DNA of 64,000 nt from Flavobacterium sp. (GTDB taxonomy: Bacteria > Bacteroidota > Bacteroidia > Flavobacteriales > Flavobacteriaceae), in NCBI RefSeq assembly GCF_039595935.1, contig NZ_JBCNKR010000006.1:1693284-1757283 (forward strand), written 5' to 3'. The position numbers and the translations under genes were made by a program. A model generated the notes under the pieces. It searched no databases and was not told the DNA's origin. It was given only the letters and a program-made list of their open reading frames with translations. Shown one piece after another: positions 49,124 to 57,757 of the stretch. How positions within the stretch are numbered: the first letter of the stretch is position 1; the number at the start of each line of letters is the position of its first letter.

Positions 49124-50245
49124 TTACGACAATATTACAAGATCAACATTTGACAAAGACAATTTGTTTAGCAAACGTCTAAAAATTGTTGTAGACAAAA
49201 TTACTTTAAACAAATTAAAATGCGGTTTCCCGATGCAGACTGTTGTAATTTGTTTTTCTTCTACCGTTTTCAAAATAGCATCCGTAATATTTGAATTTTC
49301 CAGTTTAATAACTTCCGCACCCAATTGCACAGCGAGTTTAAAGTTATTAATTAAATGTCTTTGTTTGTCAAGTGCAATTCTATTACTGCTTTCTTTTGGT
49401 GTTTCTACATACAAAACATACCACGAACCATTATAATAACTGGCTAATCGAGCCGCTTTTCTAATTATAATTTTGGCTGTTTTTTCATTGCTGCTAATAC
49501 AAGCCAATAATTTTTCATGCCGTAAAGCATGCAGATTCGGAACCTCACTTTCTACTTTTCGAACCACCTGACTTGCGACTTCTTTCAATGCTAATTCACG
49601 CAATTGGAGAATTTGTTCCGATTTAAAAAAGTTCGCCAAAGCCGTTTGAATTTTATCAGGCGTATAAATTTTTCCTTCTTTCAAGCGAGCAATCAAATCT
49701 TCCGATGTTAAATCGATATTCACGACTTCATCCGCCAATCGAAGCACATTATCAGGAATTCTTTCCTGAACATCAATATTGGTAATTCGTTTTACATCTT
49801 CGTTTAAACTTTCAATATGCTGAATATTAACCGCCGAAATTACATTAATTCCTGCATCGAGAATTTCTAAAACATCCTGCCAACGCTTTTCGTTTTTGCT
49901 TCCTTCAATGTTGGTGTGCGCCAATTCATCTACAATAACAACTTCTGGTCTAAGATTAATAATCGCCTGAACATCGAGTTCGTCGAGCTGTTTTCCTTTA
50001 TAAAAAATAGTCCGTCTCGGAATAATCGGAAGACCAGCTAACAGTTCATGCGTTTCCTTCCGCATATGCGTTTCGATGTAGCCAATTTTTACATCGATTC
50101 CGTTTTTCAATAACGAATGCGCTTCCTGAAGCATACGAAAAGTCTTGCCCACACCAGCGCTCATTCCAATGTAGATTTTAAATTTTCCTTTCCGTGATTT
50201 CTGAATCAAATCCAGAAAATGCTGTGCGTTATTTTCGTTTTCCAT
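49124..50245 (-). CDS. kdpD: KdpD N-terminal sensor domain + Usp domain protein (sensor half of a split KdpD)
   Basis: 373 aa; GKFKIYIGMSAGVGKTFRML..G.DV..GYIETH (KdpD N-terminal P-loop domain), Usp-like C-terminus, no kinase core. Confidence 0.85.
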   Translation of the reverse strand: MENENNAQHFLDLIQKSRKGKFKIYIGMSAGVGKTFRMLQEAHSLLKNGIDVKIGYIETHMRKETHELLAGLPIIPRRTIFYKGKQLDELDVQAIINLRPEVVIVDELAHTNIEGSKNEKRWQDVLEILDAGINVISAVNIQHIESLNEDVKRITNIDVQERIPDNVLRLADEVVNIDLTSEDLIARLKEGKIYTPDKIQTALANFFKSEQILQLRELALKEVASQVVRKVESEVPNLHALRHEKLLACISSNEKTAKIIIRKAARLASYYNGSWYVLYVETPKESSNRIALDKQRHLINNFKLAVQLGAEVIKLENSNITDAILKTVEEKQITTVCIGKPHFNLFKVILSTTIFRRLLNKLSLSNVDLVILS

Positions 50246-50291
50246 GTTTTTTTTTGTTTTGCCACAAAAACACTAAGGTGCTGAGTTTTTG

Positions 50292-50386
50292 TTTCACGCA
50301 GATTTTAAAAGATTTAGGCAGATATTCGCAGATTATTAATTAAAAATCCATTTAAATCTGCTATAATCTGTAGAATCTGCGTGAAA
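50292..50386. repeat. nested inverted repeat built from GCAGAT/ATCTGC words
   Basis: Perfect 13-bp arms TTTCACGCAGATT/AATCTGCGTGAAA with inner GCAGATATTCGCAGATT versus AATCTGCTATAATCTG pairing. Confidence 0.8.
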
Positions 50387-50410
50387 TATATTTTAATCAA
50401 TAAGATTCTT

Positions 50411-51487
50411 TTAGAAACTAATAGCTAATGCTGTTGTTACAAACGTATTTGTATCCGTTGGCAAATTGTTTTTGGTGAAGATTTCATCTTTGCTTGAAAG
50501 ATTTCTAGCTTCAATTCTAAACATAACATTATCAGTTACTAAGTAGTCAAAGTTAGCTGAAAATCCGTAAGTTTTAAATCCGTTTGGCGTTTCTGTTGCG
50601 ATGATTACACCTTTTTCGTCGCTGTAATATTCACCTCGTGCCGATAGCTGAATTTTATCTGTCGGTTTGTATTGCAGAATCACAACAGGCGAAAACCAAG
50701 CATCATATTTGTCGCTTCCTTTAGCCGATTGCTGTGAACCAATATCAAAACCAGTCGTTAAGTTTACTTTTTCAGCCACTTTAAATTGTCCGTAGAAATT
50801 ATTGAAATAACGCCATTTTTTATCCATATCCGGCTGTTCATTTCCAACATAAGTACTCCAGTTTAAAGTCACATTATCAGATGGCTTAAAAGTAACCTGA
50901 GTTCCAAAAGCTGGAGTCTGATTGCCTTCCACTTTTTCAATTCTCTGCCAGCCGTTCAAATACATCGCTGCCAAATACCATTTTCCAGATTCAGAAGTAT
51001 AACCAATTTTCACCCCCGCTTCATAATAAGGCGAGTTCTCCGCCAAAATGCTTCGGGTCAAAGTTTGGCAATCTTTTCCAATCGCACTTTCAAAACCAAT
51101 ATGCGATGGCATGATTCCTGCATCAATCCATAAATTATGGTTTTTAGAAATTTTTACACCAACATTAGCTTCGTAAACATTTTGCAAAAGACCTTGTTCG
51201 GCAGACATATTATACTGCGGATAAGTTCCAGCCATCAAGGCAAAATTCCCCCGAATATTTTCTTTCGAATAATTCACTTTTGCCATTCCCAAATTTAGGT
51301 TGACTTCATTGCTTTTATTATAACTGTAAAAAAAGTTTGGTCGAGTATGATTTTCCGGTTTCCCGAAATCGTAGCTGTAATAAACGTCTACATATCCTGA
51401 AAACGTAAACGGACTTTTAGATGTTGACTGTGCGTGTAAATTGCTAAAACCAAAAGCGATTAAAGCTGTAAGTATTATTTTTTTCAT
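50411..51487 (-). CDS. outer-membrane beta-barrel porin embedded in the kdp operon
   Basis: 358 aa from the first ATG (track start 51502 is TTG); signal peptide ...NLHAQ, alternating beta-strand pattern, C-terminal Phe. Confidence 0.75.
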   Translation of the reverse strand: MKKIILTALIAFGFSNLHAQSTSKSPFTFSGYVDVYYSYDFGKPENHTRPNFFYSYNKSNEVNLNLGMAKVNYSKENIRGNFALMAGTYPQYNMSAEQGLLQNVYEANVGVKISKNHNLWIDAGIMPSHIGFESAIGKDCQTLTRSILAENSPYYEAGVKIGYTSESGKWYLAAMYLNGWQRIEKVEGNQTPAFGTQVTFKPSDNVTLNWSTYVGNEQPDMDKKWRYFNNFYGQFKVAEKVNLTTGFDIGSQQSAKGSDKYDAWFSPVVILQYKPTDKIQLSARGEYYSDEKGVIIATETPNGFKTYGFSANFDYLVTDNVMFRIEARNLSSKDEIFTKNNLPTDTNTFVTTALAISF

Positions 51488-51552
51488 TTTTGTGGTATTC
51501 AATTATTTATTTAGTAGATTTTTTAGGAGCTAATCCCGCTATCCGTTTCAAT

Positions 51553-51587
51553 CTTTTGTGTCTCGTTAAAGAAACGAGACACAAAAG
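51553..51587. repeat. 15-bp perfect hairpin
   Basis: CTTTTGTGTCTCGTT-AAAGA-AACGAGACACAAAAG. Confidence 0.85.
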
Positions 51588-51641
51588 GATTTCCACTACT
51601 ATCAGGGCTAGGGCATTTGGGGTAAAAAGGCGTTTTCTTTT

Positions 51642-51877
51642 CCTGTAAGGTTTTCAAAACCTTGTAGGCATTTAATTTAAAGTTTGATTTACGCTCTGTT
51701 TGTCATTCCGAGGAACGAGGAATCTCCGCAAGAAACTCCGTAAAGTAATTCGTCAATCTTTGTCGAGTTTCTCGTGGAGATTCCTCGTTCCTCGGAATGA
51801 CAAACGTTGTGGTTACTGTATTATAATTTCTAACTAGTCTATCATACACGCCTACAAGGTTTTGAAAACCTTGCAGG
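51642..51877. repeat. double nested inverted-repeat element (236 bp)
   Basis: Outer 28-bp arms CCTGTAAGGTTTTCAAAACCTTGTAGGC/GCCTACAAGGTTTTGAAAACCTTGCAGG (27 of 28); inner 30-bp perfect arms GTTTGTCATTCCGAGGAACGAGGAATCTCC at 51698-51727 and 51776-51805. Confidence 0.9.
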
Positions 51878-51918
51878 AGAAAATCTTAGAATCTTAGCAA
51901 CTCAGAACCTTAGCATCT

Positions 51919-52479
51919 TTAGCGAAGCGCATCCAAAGCCACATTCAATTCCAAAACATTCACAGTTTCAGGTCCAACAACAGCAGTATTAATTTTAGAT
52001 TCTACCAAAGCTTTTACTTTAGCTTCATCTAGTTTTCTTTCTTTAGCAATTCGTTTCACCTGAATCAAAGCCCCTTGTGGAGAAATATTCGGATCCAAGC
52101 CACTTCCTGAAGCCGTAACCATATCTGATGGAATATCAGATTTTTTTAAATACGGATGAACCAATAAAAGCGTATCAATTCTTTTTTGAACCAAAGCCAG
52201 ATAATCGGCATTGCTTGGTCCTTTGTTGCTTCCGGCACTTCCCGCAGCATTGTAATCAACAGCCGAAGGTCTTCCCCAGAAATAATTTGATTTGTCGAAC
52301 TTTTGTCCGATTTTTTGATAACCGACAACTTTGCCGTTAACGGTGATAGTTTCTCCTTTTCCTTGATTGGGAGCCAATTGTCCAATTCCGTAAATTGCTA
52401 AAGGATAAATAACTGCGAATAAAACTAAAGTAACCGCAGTAAGTTTTATGAGTGAGAATATATTTTTCATTTTTTTCAT
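51919..52479 (-). CDS. kdpC: potassium-transporting ATPase subunit KdpC
   Basis: 186 aa; N-terminal TM helix, GSGLDPNISP motif. Confidence 0.9.
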   Translation of the reverse strand: MKKMKNIFSLIKLTAVTLVLFAVIYPLAIYGIGQLAPNQGKGETITVNGKVVGYQKIGQKFDKSNYFWGRPSAVDYNAAGSAGSNKGPSNADYLALVQKRIDTLLLVHPYLKKSDIPSDMVTASGSGLDPNISPQGALIQVKRIAKERKLDEAKVKALVESKINTAVVGPETVNVLELNVALDALR

Positions 52480-52493
52480 TTTTTTTATTTTAG

Positions 52494-52567
52494 AGGTTCT
52501 AAGGTTCTAAGGTTCTGAGGGCTAAGAAAAAAACTTAGCACCTTAGCATCTCAGAACCTTAGCACCT
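52494..52567. repeat. opposed tandem 8-9 nt word arrays (GGTTCTAAG-type facing CTTAGCACC-type)
   Basis: GGTTCTAAGGTTCTAAGGTTCTGAGGGCTAAG ... CTTAGCACCTTAGCATCTCAGAACCTTAGCACC; fills the kdpC-kdpB spacer. Confidence 0.8.
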
Positions 52568-52572
52568 TTTAT

Positions 52573-54630
52573 TTACATAAATAAGGCAACAATCAAATCA
52601 ATAATTTTAATTCCGATAAAAGGAACAATGATTCCTCCCAAACCATAAATTAAAAGATTTCTTTTAAGAATCGCACTTGCTCCAATTGGTCGGTAATCAA
52701 CGCCTTTCAGCGCAAGCGGAATCAAAATCGGAATGATAATCGCGTTAAAAATAACAGCCGATAAAATCGCACTTTCAGGACTATGTAGATGCATAATATT
52801 CAAGCCTTGAAGCGCTGGAATTGCCGTAATAAACAAGGCAGGAACGATAGCAAAATATTTAGCAACGTCATTAGCGATTGAGAACGTAGTCAAAGTTCCG
52901 CGTGTCATTAAAAGCTGTTTTCCAATTTCGACAATCTCAATTAGTTTCGTTGGATCATTGTCAAGATCGACCATGTTTCCAGCTTCTTTTGCAGCTTGAG
53001 TTCCGCTGTTCATGGCAACTCCAACGTTGGCTTGGGCAAGAGCAGGAGCATCATTTGTTCCGTCACCCATCATGGCAACCAAACGTCCTTCGGCTTGTTC
53101 TTTTCGGATGTAGTTCATTTTATCTTCCGGTTTTGCTTCAGCGATAAAATCATCGACACCGGCTTTTTCGGCAATAAATTTAGCCGTCAAAGGATTATCT
53201 CCCGTAACCATAACCGTTTTGATTCCCATTCGGCGTAAACGCTCAAAACGTTCTTTCATTCCGGTTTTGATAATATCCTGAAGTTCGATAACACCTTGAA
53301 TTTCGTCATTTTTAATGACTACTAAAGGCGTTCCTCCGTTAGAAGAAATTGCTACGACCTGATCAGCGGTATCTTCAGGAAAAACATTTCCAGCTTGTTC
53401 AGCAATTTTTCTTGCAGCGTCCTGAGCTCCTTTTCTAATATTGGTTCCATCTTTTAAGATTACGCCAGAAGTTCTCGTTTCAGCAGTAAATTTGATAGTT
53501 TGTGAAATGCTTTCTGTAAAAAGTGAAATGTCTGACTGCATTTTACTGTTTTCATCTAACATTTTACCAAGCTCCAAAATACTTTTTCCTTCTGGAGTAT
53601 CATCGGCAAGCGAGCTTAAAACGGCAGATTTCACAAAATCATCAAAAGAAATTCCTTTTGTTGGATAAAAATTAGTTGCTTTTCTGTTTCCAATTGTAAT
53701 CGTTCCTGTTTTATCCAAAAGCAAAACATCAATATCTCCGGCAGTTTCAACCGCTTTTCCTGATTTGGTAATTACGTTGGCACGCAACGCTCTATCCATT
53801 CCTGCGATCCCAATAGCTGAAAGTAAACCACCAATTGTAGTCGGAATTAAACATACAAAAAGAGAAATAAAAGCAGCAATGGTAATAGGAGCGTTGGCAT
53901 AATCTGCAAAAGGTTTTAAGGTTACGCAGACAATGATGAAGATTAAAGTGAAAGCTGCTAACAGAATTGTCAAAGCAATTTCGTTTGGTGTTTTCTGACG
54001 ACTCGCACCTTCAACCAAAGCAATCATTTTATCTAAGAAACTTTCACCAGGTTCAGAAGTCACTCGGACTTTGATTTTATCAGAAAGTACTTTTGTTCCT
54101 CCTGTAACCGAAGATTTATCACCGCCCGCTTCGCGAATTACAGGCGCACTTTCTCCCGTAATAGCGCTTTCGTCGATGGTTGCTAAACCTTCGATAATTT
54201 CTCCATCGGCAGCAATTAAATCGCCGGTTTCACAAATGAAAATATCGTCTTTTTTTAAGGCTGAAGAACTTACGTTTTTAATTTCACCGTTTGGCAGAAT
54301 CTGTCTTGCAGGAGTTTCTTCACGGGTTTTTCTTAAACTGTCGGCTTGGGCTTTTCCTCGGGCTTCGGCAATAGCCTCGGCAAAATTTCCGAATAAAAGT
54401 GTAGCAAATAAAATAAGGAATACAATGATGTTATATGCTAAACTTCCTTGATCTGTAGCACCCATTAAGATCGAAATACAGACTGCAAACATAATGGCAG
54501 TTCCGATTTCTACGGTAAACATTACCGGATTTTTAATCATCATTTTTGGATTCAGTTTCACAAAAGACTGCACAAATGCTTCTTTTACCTGCTGACTTTC
54601 AAATAATGATGTAGATTTATTAGTTGTCAT
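52573..54630 (-). CDS. kdpB: potassium-transporting P-type ATPase subunit KdpB
   Basis: 685 aa; DKTGTIT phosphorylation motif, [16 protein letters not shown]. Confidence 0.95.
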   Translation of the reverse strand: MTTNKSTSLFESQQVKEAFVQSFVKLNPKMMIKNPVMFTVEIGTAIMFAVCISILMGATDQGSLAYNIIVFLILFATLLFGNFAEAIAEARGKAQADSLRKTREETPARQILPNGEIKNVSSSALKKDDIFICETGDLIAADGEIIEGLATIDESAITGESAPVIREAGGDKSSVTGGTKVLSDKIKVRVTSEPGESFLDKMIALVEGASRQKTPNEIALTILLAAFTLIFIIVCVTLKPFADYANAPITIAAFISLFVCLIPTTIGGLLSAIGIAGMDRALRANVITKSGKAVETAGDIDVLLLDKTGTITIGNRKATNFYPTKGISFDDFVKSAVLSSLADDTPEGKSILELGKMLDENSKMQSDISLFTESISQTIKFTAETRTSGVILKDGTNIRKGAQDAARKIAEQAGNVFPEDTADQVVAISSNGGTPLVVIKNDEIQGVIELQDIIKTGMKERFERLRRMGIKTVMVTGDNPLTAKFIAEKAGVDDFIAEAKPEDKMNYIRKEQAEGRLVAMMGDGTNDAPALAQANVGVAMNSGTQAAKEAGNMVDLDNDPTKLIEIVEIGKQLLMTRGTLTTFSIANDVAKYFAIVPALFITAIPALQGLNIMHLHSPESAILSAVIFNAIIIPILIPLALKGVDYRPIGASAILKRNLLIYGLGGIIVPFIGIKIIDLIVALFM

Positions 54631-54673
54631 TTTTTTAATTTGTAAAATGTTAGATGTAAAATATGAAATTTCC

Positions 54674-54681
54674 TACTTTTG
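54674..54681 (+). promoter_or_regulatory. -7 box TACTTTTG for the inserted four-helix-bundle gene
   Basis: Exact TAnnTTTG match 20 nt upstream of ATG 54701. Confidence 0.5.
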
Positions 54682-54700
54682 CAAATGTTATTTATTTCAC

Positions 54701-55060
54701 ATGAAACCACATAAAAAATTGAATTCATGGATTAAAAGTTTTGAATTCGTTAAAGAAATTTATTTAGTTACGAGACAATTTCCTGTTGAGGAAAAATTCG
54801 GAATGACTTCACAAATTCGCAGAGCGTCAGTTTCTGTTCCAGTTAATATTGCAGAGGGTGCAGCAAGAAAAGGAACAAAAGAGTTTATCCATTTTTTGCA
54901 TATTTCATTAGGTTATTTATCAGAACTTGATACTTTAATATTATTAAGTAAAGAGTTAGATTTTCTCGGTGAAAATGAATGCAAACAATTAATTGAAAAA
55001 TTAGATATCATAGGAAAACTCATTTGTGGATTAATTAAAAATCTTGAAGCGCGGACGTAA
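54701..55060 (+). CDS. four-helix-bundle protein (23S rRNA intervening-sequence protein family)
   Basis: 119 aa from ATG 54701; L..W.K...F...IY..T..FP..E.FG..SQ.RRA..S...NIAEG......EF..FL.I..GS..E motif pattern; antisense to the kdp operon. Confidence 0.75.
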   Translation: MKPHKKLNSWIKSFEFVKEIYLVTRQFPVEEKFGMTSQIRRASVSVPVNIAEGAARKGTKEFIHFLHISLGYLSELDTLILLSKELDFLGENECKQLIEKLDIIGKLICGLIKNLEART

Positions 55061-55069
55061 TTTGTTTTT

Positions 55070-55153
55070 TGTGAGATGTGAAAAGTAAGTTGTGATATGA
55101 GATTTAATTTGATTTCGTTTTTCCGCATTTAACATTTCACTTTTCACAAATCA
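55070..55153. repeat. imperfect inverted repeat between the four-helix-bundle gene stop and the kdpA stop
   Basis: TGTGAGATGTGAAAAGTAAGTTGTG versus the reverse complement of AACATTTCACTTTTCACAAATCACA (about 19 of 25); a direct-orientation relative lies at 54641-54669. Confidence 0.6.
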
Positions 55154-55157
55154 CATT

Positions 55158-56876
55158 TTACATTCCAAAATATTCCGCCAATGGCCCAAGTGCCAGTGCA
55201 GGAAAGAATGATAATGCTGCAATAATAGCAATCACCGCAAAAGTCATGATTCCGAAAATAGTAGTATCCGTTTTTAGAGTTCCGGCACTTTCAGGAATGT
55301 ATTTTTTATTGGCTAATAAACCTGCAATTGCCAATGGACCAATAATCGGAATGAAACGGCTTAACAATAAAACAATTCCAGTTGTGATATTCCAAAACGG
55401 ATTATTATCTCCCAAACCTTCAAAACCAGAACCATTGTTGGCAGCGCTAGAAGTATATTCATATAACATTTCTGAGAATCCATGATTTCCGGGATTGTTC
55501 AGCCAGCCTGTTGCGTTTCCGCTGAACCAATAACCCATAGCAGTATCATGAGCAGTAAAGTAAGATGCTAAAGCGGTTCCAGCTAAAATCAATAAAGGGT
55601 GAATAATAGCGATAAAAGCTGCGATTTTAACTTCCCGGGCTTCTATTTTCTTTCCTAAAAATTCAGGAGTTCGACCCACCATTAAACCTGAAATAAATAC
55701 GGCCAGAATAATGAAAATATAGAAGTTGAGGTAACCCACGCCACATCCGCCATAAAAGGCATTCACCATCATAGCCAATAATTGCATTGCGCCTGAAACG
55801 GGCATTGAACTATCGTGCATACTATTTACAGATCCTGTAGAAATTACAGTTGTTGCAATGCTCCAGAAACCTGAAATGGCTGGACCAAACCGAACTTCTT
55901 TTCCTTCCATCGCTCCGGTTGTCTGTGCGATTCCCATTTTTGTGATAGCAGGATTTCCACTAAGTTCGCTTGAGATTGTTGGAATTACTAAGAGTAAAAA
56001 TCCAACGGTCATGACACCAAAAATGATATAGGATAATTTTCGTTTGTTTAAGAAAAATCCAAGTGCAAAGATCATAGCAAACGGAACAATCATTTGCGCC
56101 CAAAGTTCGACAGCATTTGTGAAATAAGTTGGATTTTCTAACGGATGTGCTGAGTTGGCTCCGAAAAAACCACCTCCATTTGTACCAATATGTTTAATCG
56201 CTACAAAAGCAGCAGCAGGGCCGCGAGAAACTTCAACATTATCGCCTTGCAAAGTTGTGATTGCATCTTTTCCTTCAAAAGTCATTGGCGTTCCGTTGAA
56301 AACTAAAGTAATAGCTACGATTACTGAAAGTGGTAATAAAATACGTGTACAGCTTTTTACGAAATAGTTATAAAAATTCCCTAGTTTGTCTGTAGTTCTT
56401 TCTTTCATCGCAGTAAAAACCATTACTGCAGCAGCGATTCCGACACCAGCAGAAACGAATTGTAAGAACATTAAAACCATCTGAGACAAATAAGAAACTC
56501 CGCTTTCGCCAGAATAATGTTGTAAATCACAATTGACTAAAAACGAAATGGCGGTATTAAAAGCCAAATCGGGTGTCATTGATGGATTATTATCTGGATT
56601 TAAAGGCAAAGATCCCTGAAAAAGCAGAACAAAAAAACAGAGAAAGAACCAAACCATATTGATACTCAAAAGTGCTTTTAAATGTTGTTTCCAGTTCATT
56701 TCTTCAGCTGGATTGATGCCACTGATTTTAAAAATAAATTTTTCAATTGGATTGAAAATCGGGTCAACAAGTGTTTTATTTCCCAGGAAAACTTTAGCAA
56801 TATATTTTCCCAGTGGAATGGCTAAAACAATGGTAAGGATAAAAATGCCTATGACACCTATTAATTCTGTATTCAT
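55158..56876 (-). CDS. kdpA: potassium-transporting ATPase subunit KdpA
   Basis: 572 aa polytopic membrane protein, full-length KdpA pattern (GTNGGGFF selectivity-filter region). Confidence 0.95.
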   Translation of the reverse strand: MNTELIGVIGIFILTIVLAIPLGKYIAKVFLGNKTLVDPIFNPIEKFIFKISGINPAEEMNWKQHLKALLSINMVWFFLCFFVLLFQGSLPLNPDNNPSMTPDLAFNTAISFLVNCDLQHYSGESGVSYLSQMVLMFLQFVSAGVGIAAAVMVFTAMKERTTDKLGNFYNYFVKSCTRILLPLSVIVAITLVFNGTPMTFEGKDAITTLQGDNVEVSRGPAAAFVAIKHIGTNGGGFFGANSAHPLENPTYFTNAVELWAQMIVPFAMIFALGFFLNKRKLSYIIFGVMTVGFLLLVIPTISSELSGNPAITKMGIAQTTGAMEGKEVRFGPAISGFWSIATTVISTGSVNSMHDSSMPVSGAMQLLAMMVNAFYGGCGVGYLNFYIFIILAVFISGLMVGRTPEFLGKKIEAREVKIAAFIAIIHPLLILAGTALASYFTAHDTAMGYWFSGNATGWLNNPGNHGFSEMLYEYTSSAANNGSGFEGLGDNNPFWNITTGIVLLLSRFIPIIGPLAIAGLLANKKYIPESAGTLKTDTTIFGIMTFAVIAIIAALSFFPALALGPLAEYFGM

Positions 56877-56950
56877 ATATTTAATTTTAGATTGTTGATT
56901 TTAGATTTTAGATTTTTTTGAGACAATCTTAAATACTAAAAATTCATTTT

Positions 56951-57028
56951 TTAAAACTTTTCGGGTTTGATTAATACGTAAATCAAATACACGAAAACGG
57001 CGATTGAAATGATAAATAGTGCAGTCAT
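56951..57028 (-). CDS. kdpF: KdpF micro-protein
   Basis: 25 aa MTALFIISIAVFVYLIYVLIKPEKF; hydrophobic helix ending in the KdpF-like Y..L..PE.F; below the ORF-track cutoff, translated by hand. Confidence 0.75.
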   Translation of the reverse strand: MTALFIISIAVFVYLIYVLIKPEKF

Positions 57029-57030
57029 AT

Positions 57031-57114
57031 TTAGATTTTTTCAAAGAATTCAACTGATAAATAGCAGATGGCAAATAATAAAATAGCCAAAGCGAGAAGA
57101 AGAATGGTGATCAT
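57031..57114 (-). CDS. second hydrophobic micro-ORF, 2 nt upstream of kdpF
   Basis: 27 aa MITILLLALAILLFAICYLSVEFFEKI; its TAA stop lies 2 nt before the kdpF ATG; translated by hand. Confidence 0.4.
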   Translation of the reverse strand: MITILLLALAILLFAICYLSVEFFEKI

Positions 57115-57143
57115 AATTTTAGATTTTAGAATGTAGTTTTAGA

Positions 57144-57425
57144 TTAAACACCAGAAGCATTAACCTGTTTGATATATTCTGCTTTAAGTGTTTGTGGAAA
57201 AAGATGTGAGATATTACAGTGACGCATTTCCATAAAAGACGAAACAGAGAAAACATACACATTCGAAATGGCATTTTTAGTTTCGATACTTCCAGTGACA
57301 AATAAGCGTTCGGCAAGAGCCAGACATTTTTTTGCACGAACAATATTGCCACAGATAATCGATTTTTTAGTAATCTCAGCAAAGCGCTCGGCTTGTTTAT
57401 AGATTGAGGTAACTTGATTTTTCAT
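57144..57425 (-). CDS. hypothetical 93-aa protein at the head of the kdp run
   Basis: ATG ORF, helical, no family recognised; the overlapping alternate-frame ORF 57119-57382 is judged spurious. Confidence 0.5.
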   Translation of the reverse strand: MKNQVTSIYKQAERFAEITKKSIICGNIVRAKKCLALAERLFVTGSIETKNAISNVYVFSVSSFMEMRHCNISHLFPQTLKAEYIKQVNASGV

Positions 57426-57590
57426 GAGAAGGATTTTTAATGTTTTTCCTTCTTATGCCAAAAGATGTTCCGAAAAAGTCAAGTTATGTCTAAAGTGCTG
57501 TAAATAAAAGAAATGAATTTTTGTGCCAAAAAACAGGCATAAAAAAAGCCTATCATTTTGATAAGCTTTTCTCGTTTTGATATGTTGTTT

Positions 57591-57757
57591 TCAAGCTTCG
57601 GAGAAGCGAAATGTTTATAGAAAATAATAAAAACACGTTTATCATAGCCCCAGCGGGGTGACATGTTTTTTTTAGATTGTGTAGGTGTCGTTCCTCTGGA
57701 GCTTTTTATCATTGGGGCTATATTATTCTATAGATATTTCGCTTCTCCGAAGCTTGA
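57591..57757. repeat. nested inverted-repeat element (167 bp)
   Basis: 22-bp perfect outer arms TCAAGCTTCGGAGAAGCGAAAT (extended imperfectly to about 37 bp); inner ATAGCCCCA/TGGGGCTAT and CCCC-GCT-GGGG. Confidence 0.85.

Noticed and set aside
51880-52567. CTTAG/CTAAG short tandem arrays considered as a CRISPR-like or VNTR locus.
   Set aside because: The units are only 8-9 nt, are degenerate, have no unique spacers, and the arrays face their own complement. They behave as hairpin-forming word repeats.
54647-54700. Longer 137-aa version of the four-helix-bundle ORF starting at ATG 54647.
   Set aside because: The extra 18 residues ([18 protein letters not shown]) are translated from the flanking word repeat and would contain the gene's own -7 box. 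Family members start close to the L..W motif, so ATG 54701 is preferred.
57119-57382. 87-aa ORF overlapping the 93-aa ORF in another frame.
   Set aside because: Only one of the two can be real. The 93-aa frame has an ATG with an upstream leader and a more protein-like composition. Both remain unverified.
57513-57528. Possible sigma-54 promoter TGGCAC-AAAAA-TTCAT on the minus strand, about 90 nt upstream of the 93-aa ORF.
   Set aside because: The -24 GG and the spacing fit, but the near-invariant -12 GC is missing (TTCA instead of TTGC). A second GGCAT at 57457-57461 has no -12 element at all. This is not enough to call a sigma-54 promoter. It would need 5'-end mapping in wild type versus an rpoN mutant.
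57479-57712. 77-aa minus-strand ORF.
   Set aside because: It is composed largely of one arm and the core of the 167-bp inverted-repeat element, so it is a repeat-derived pseudo-ORF.
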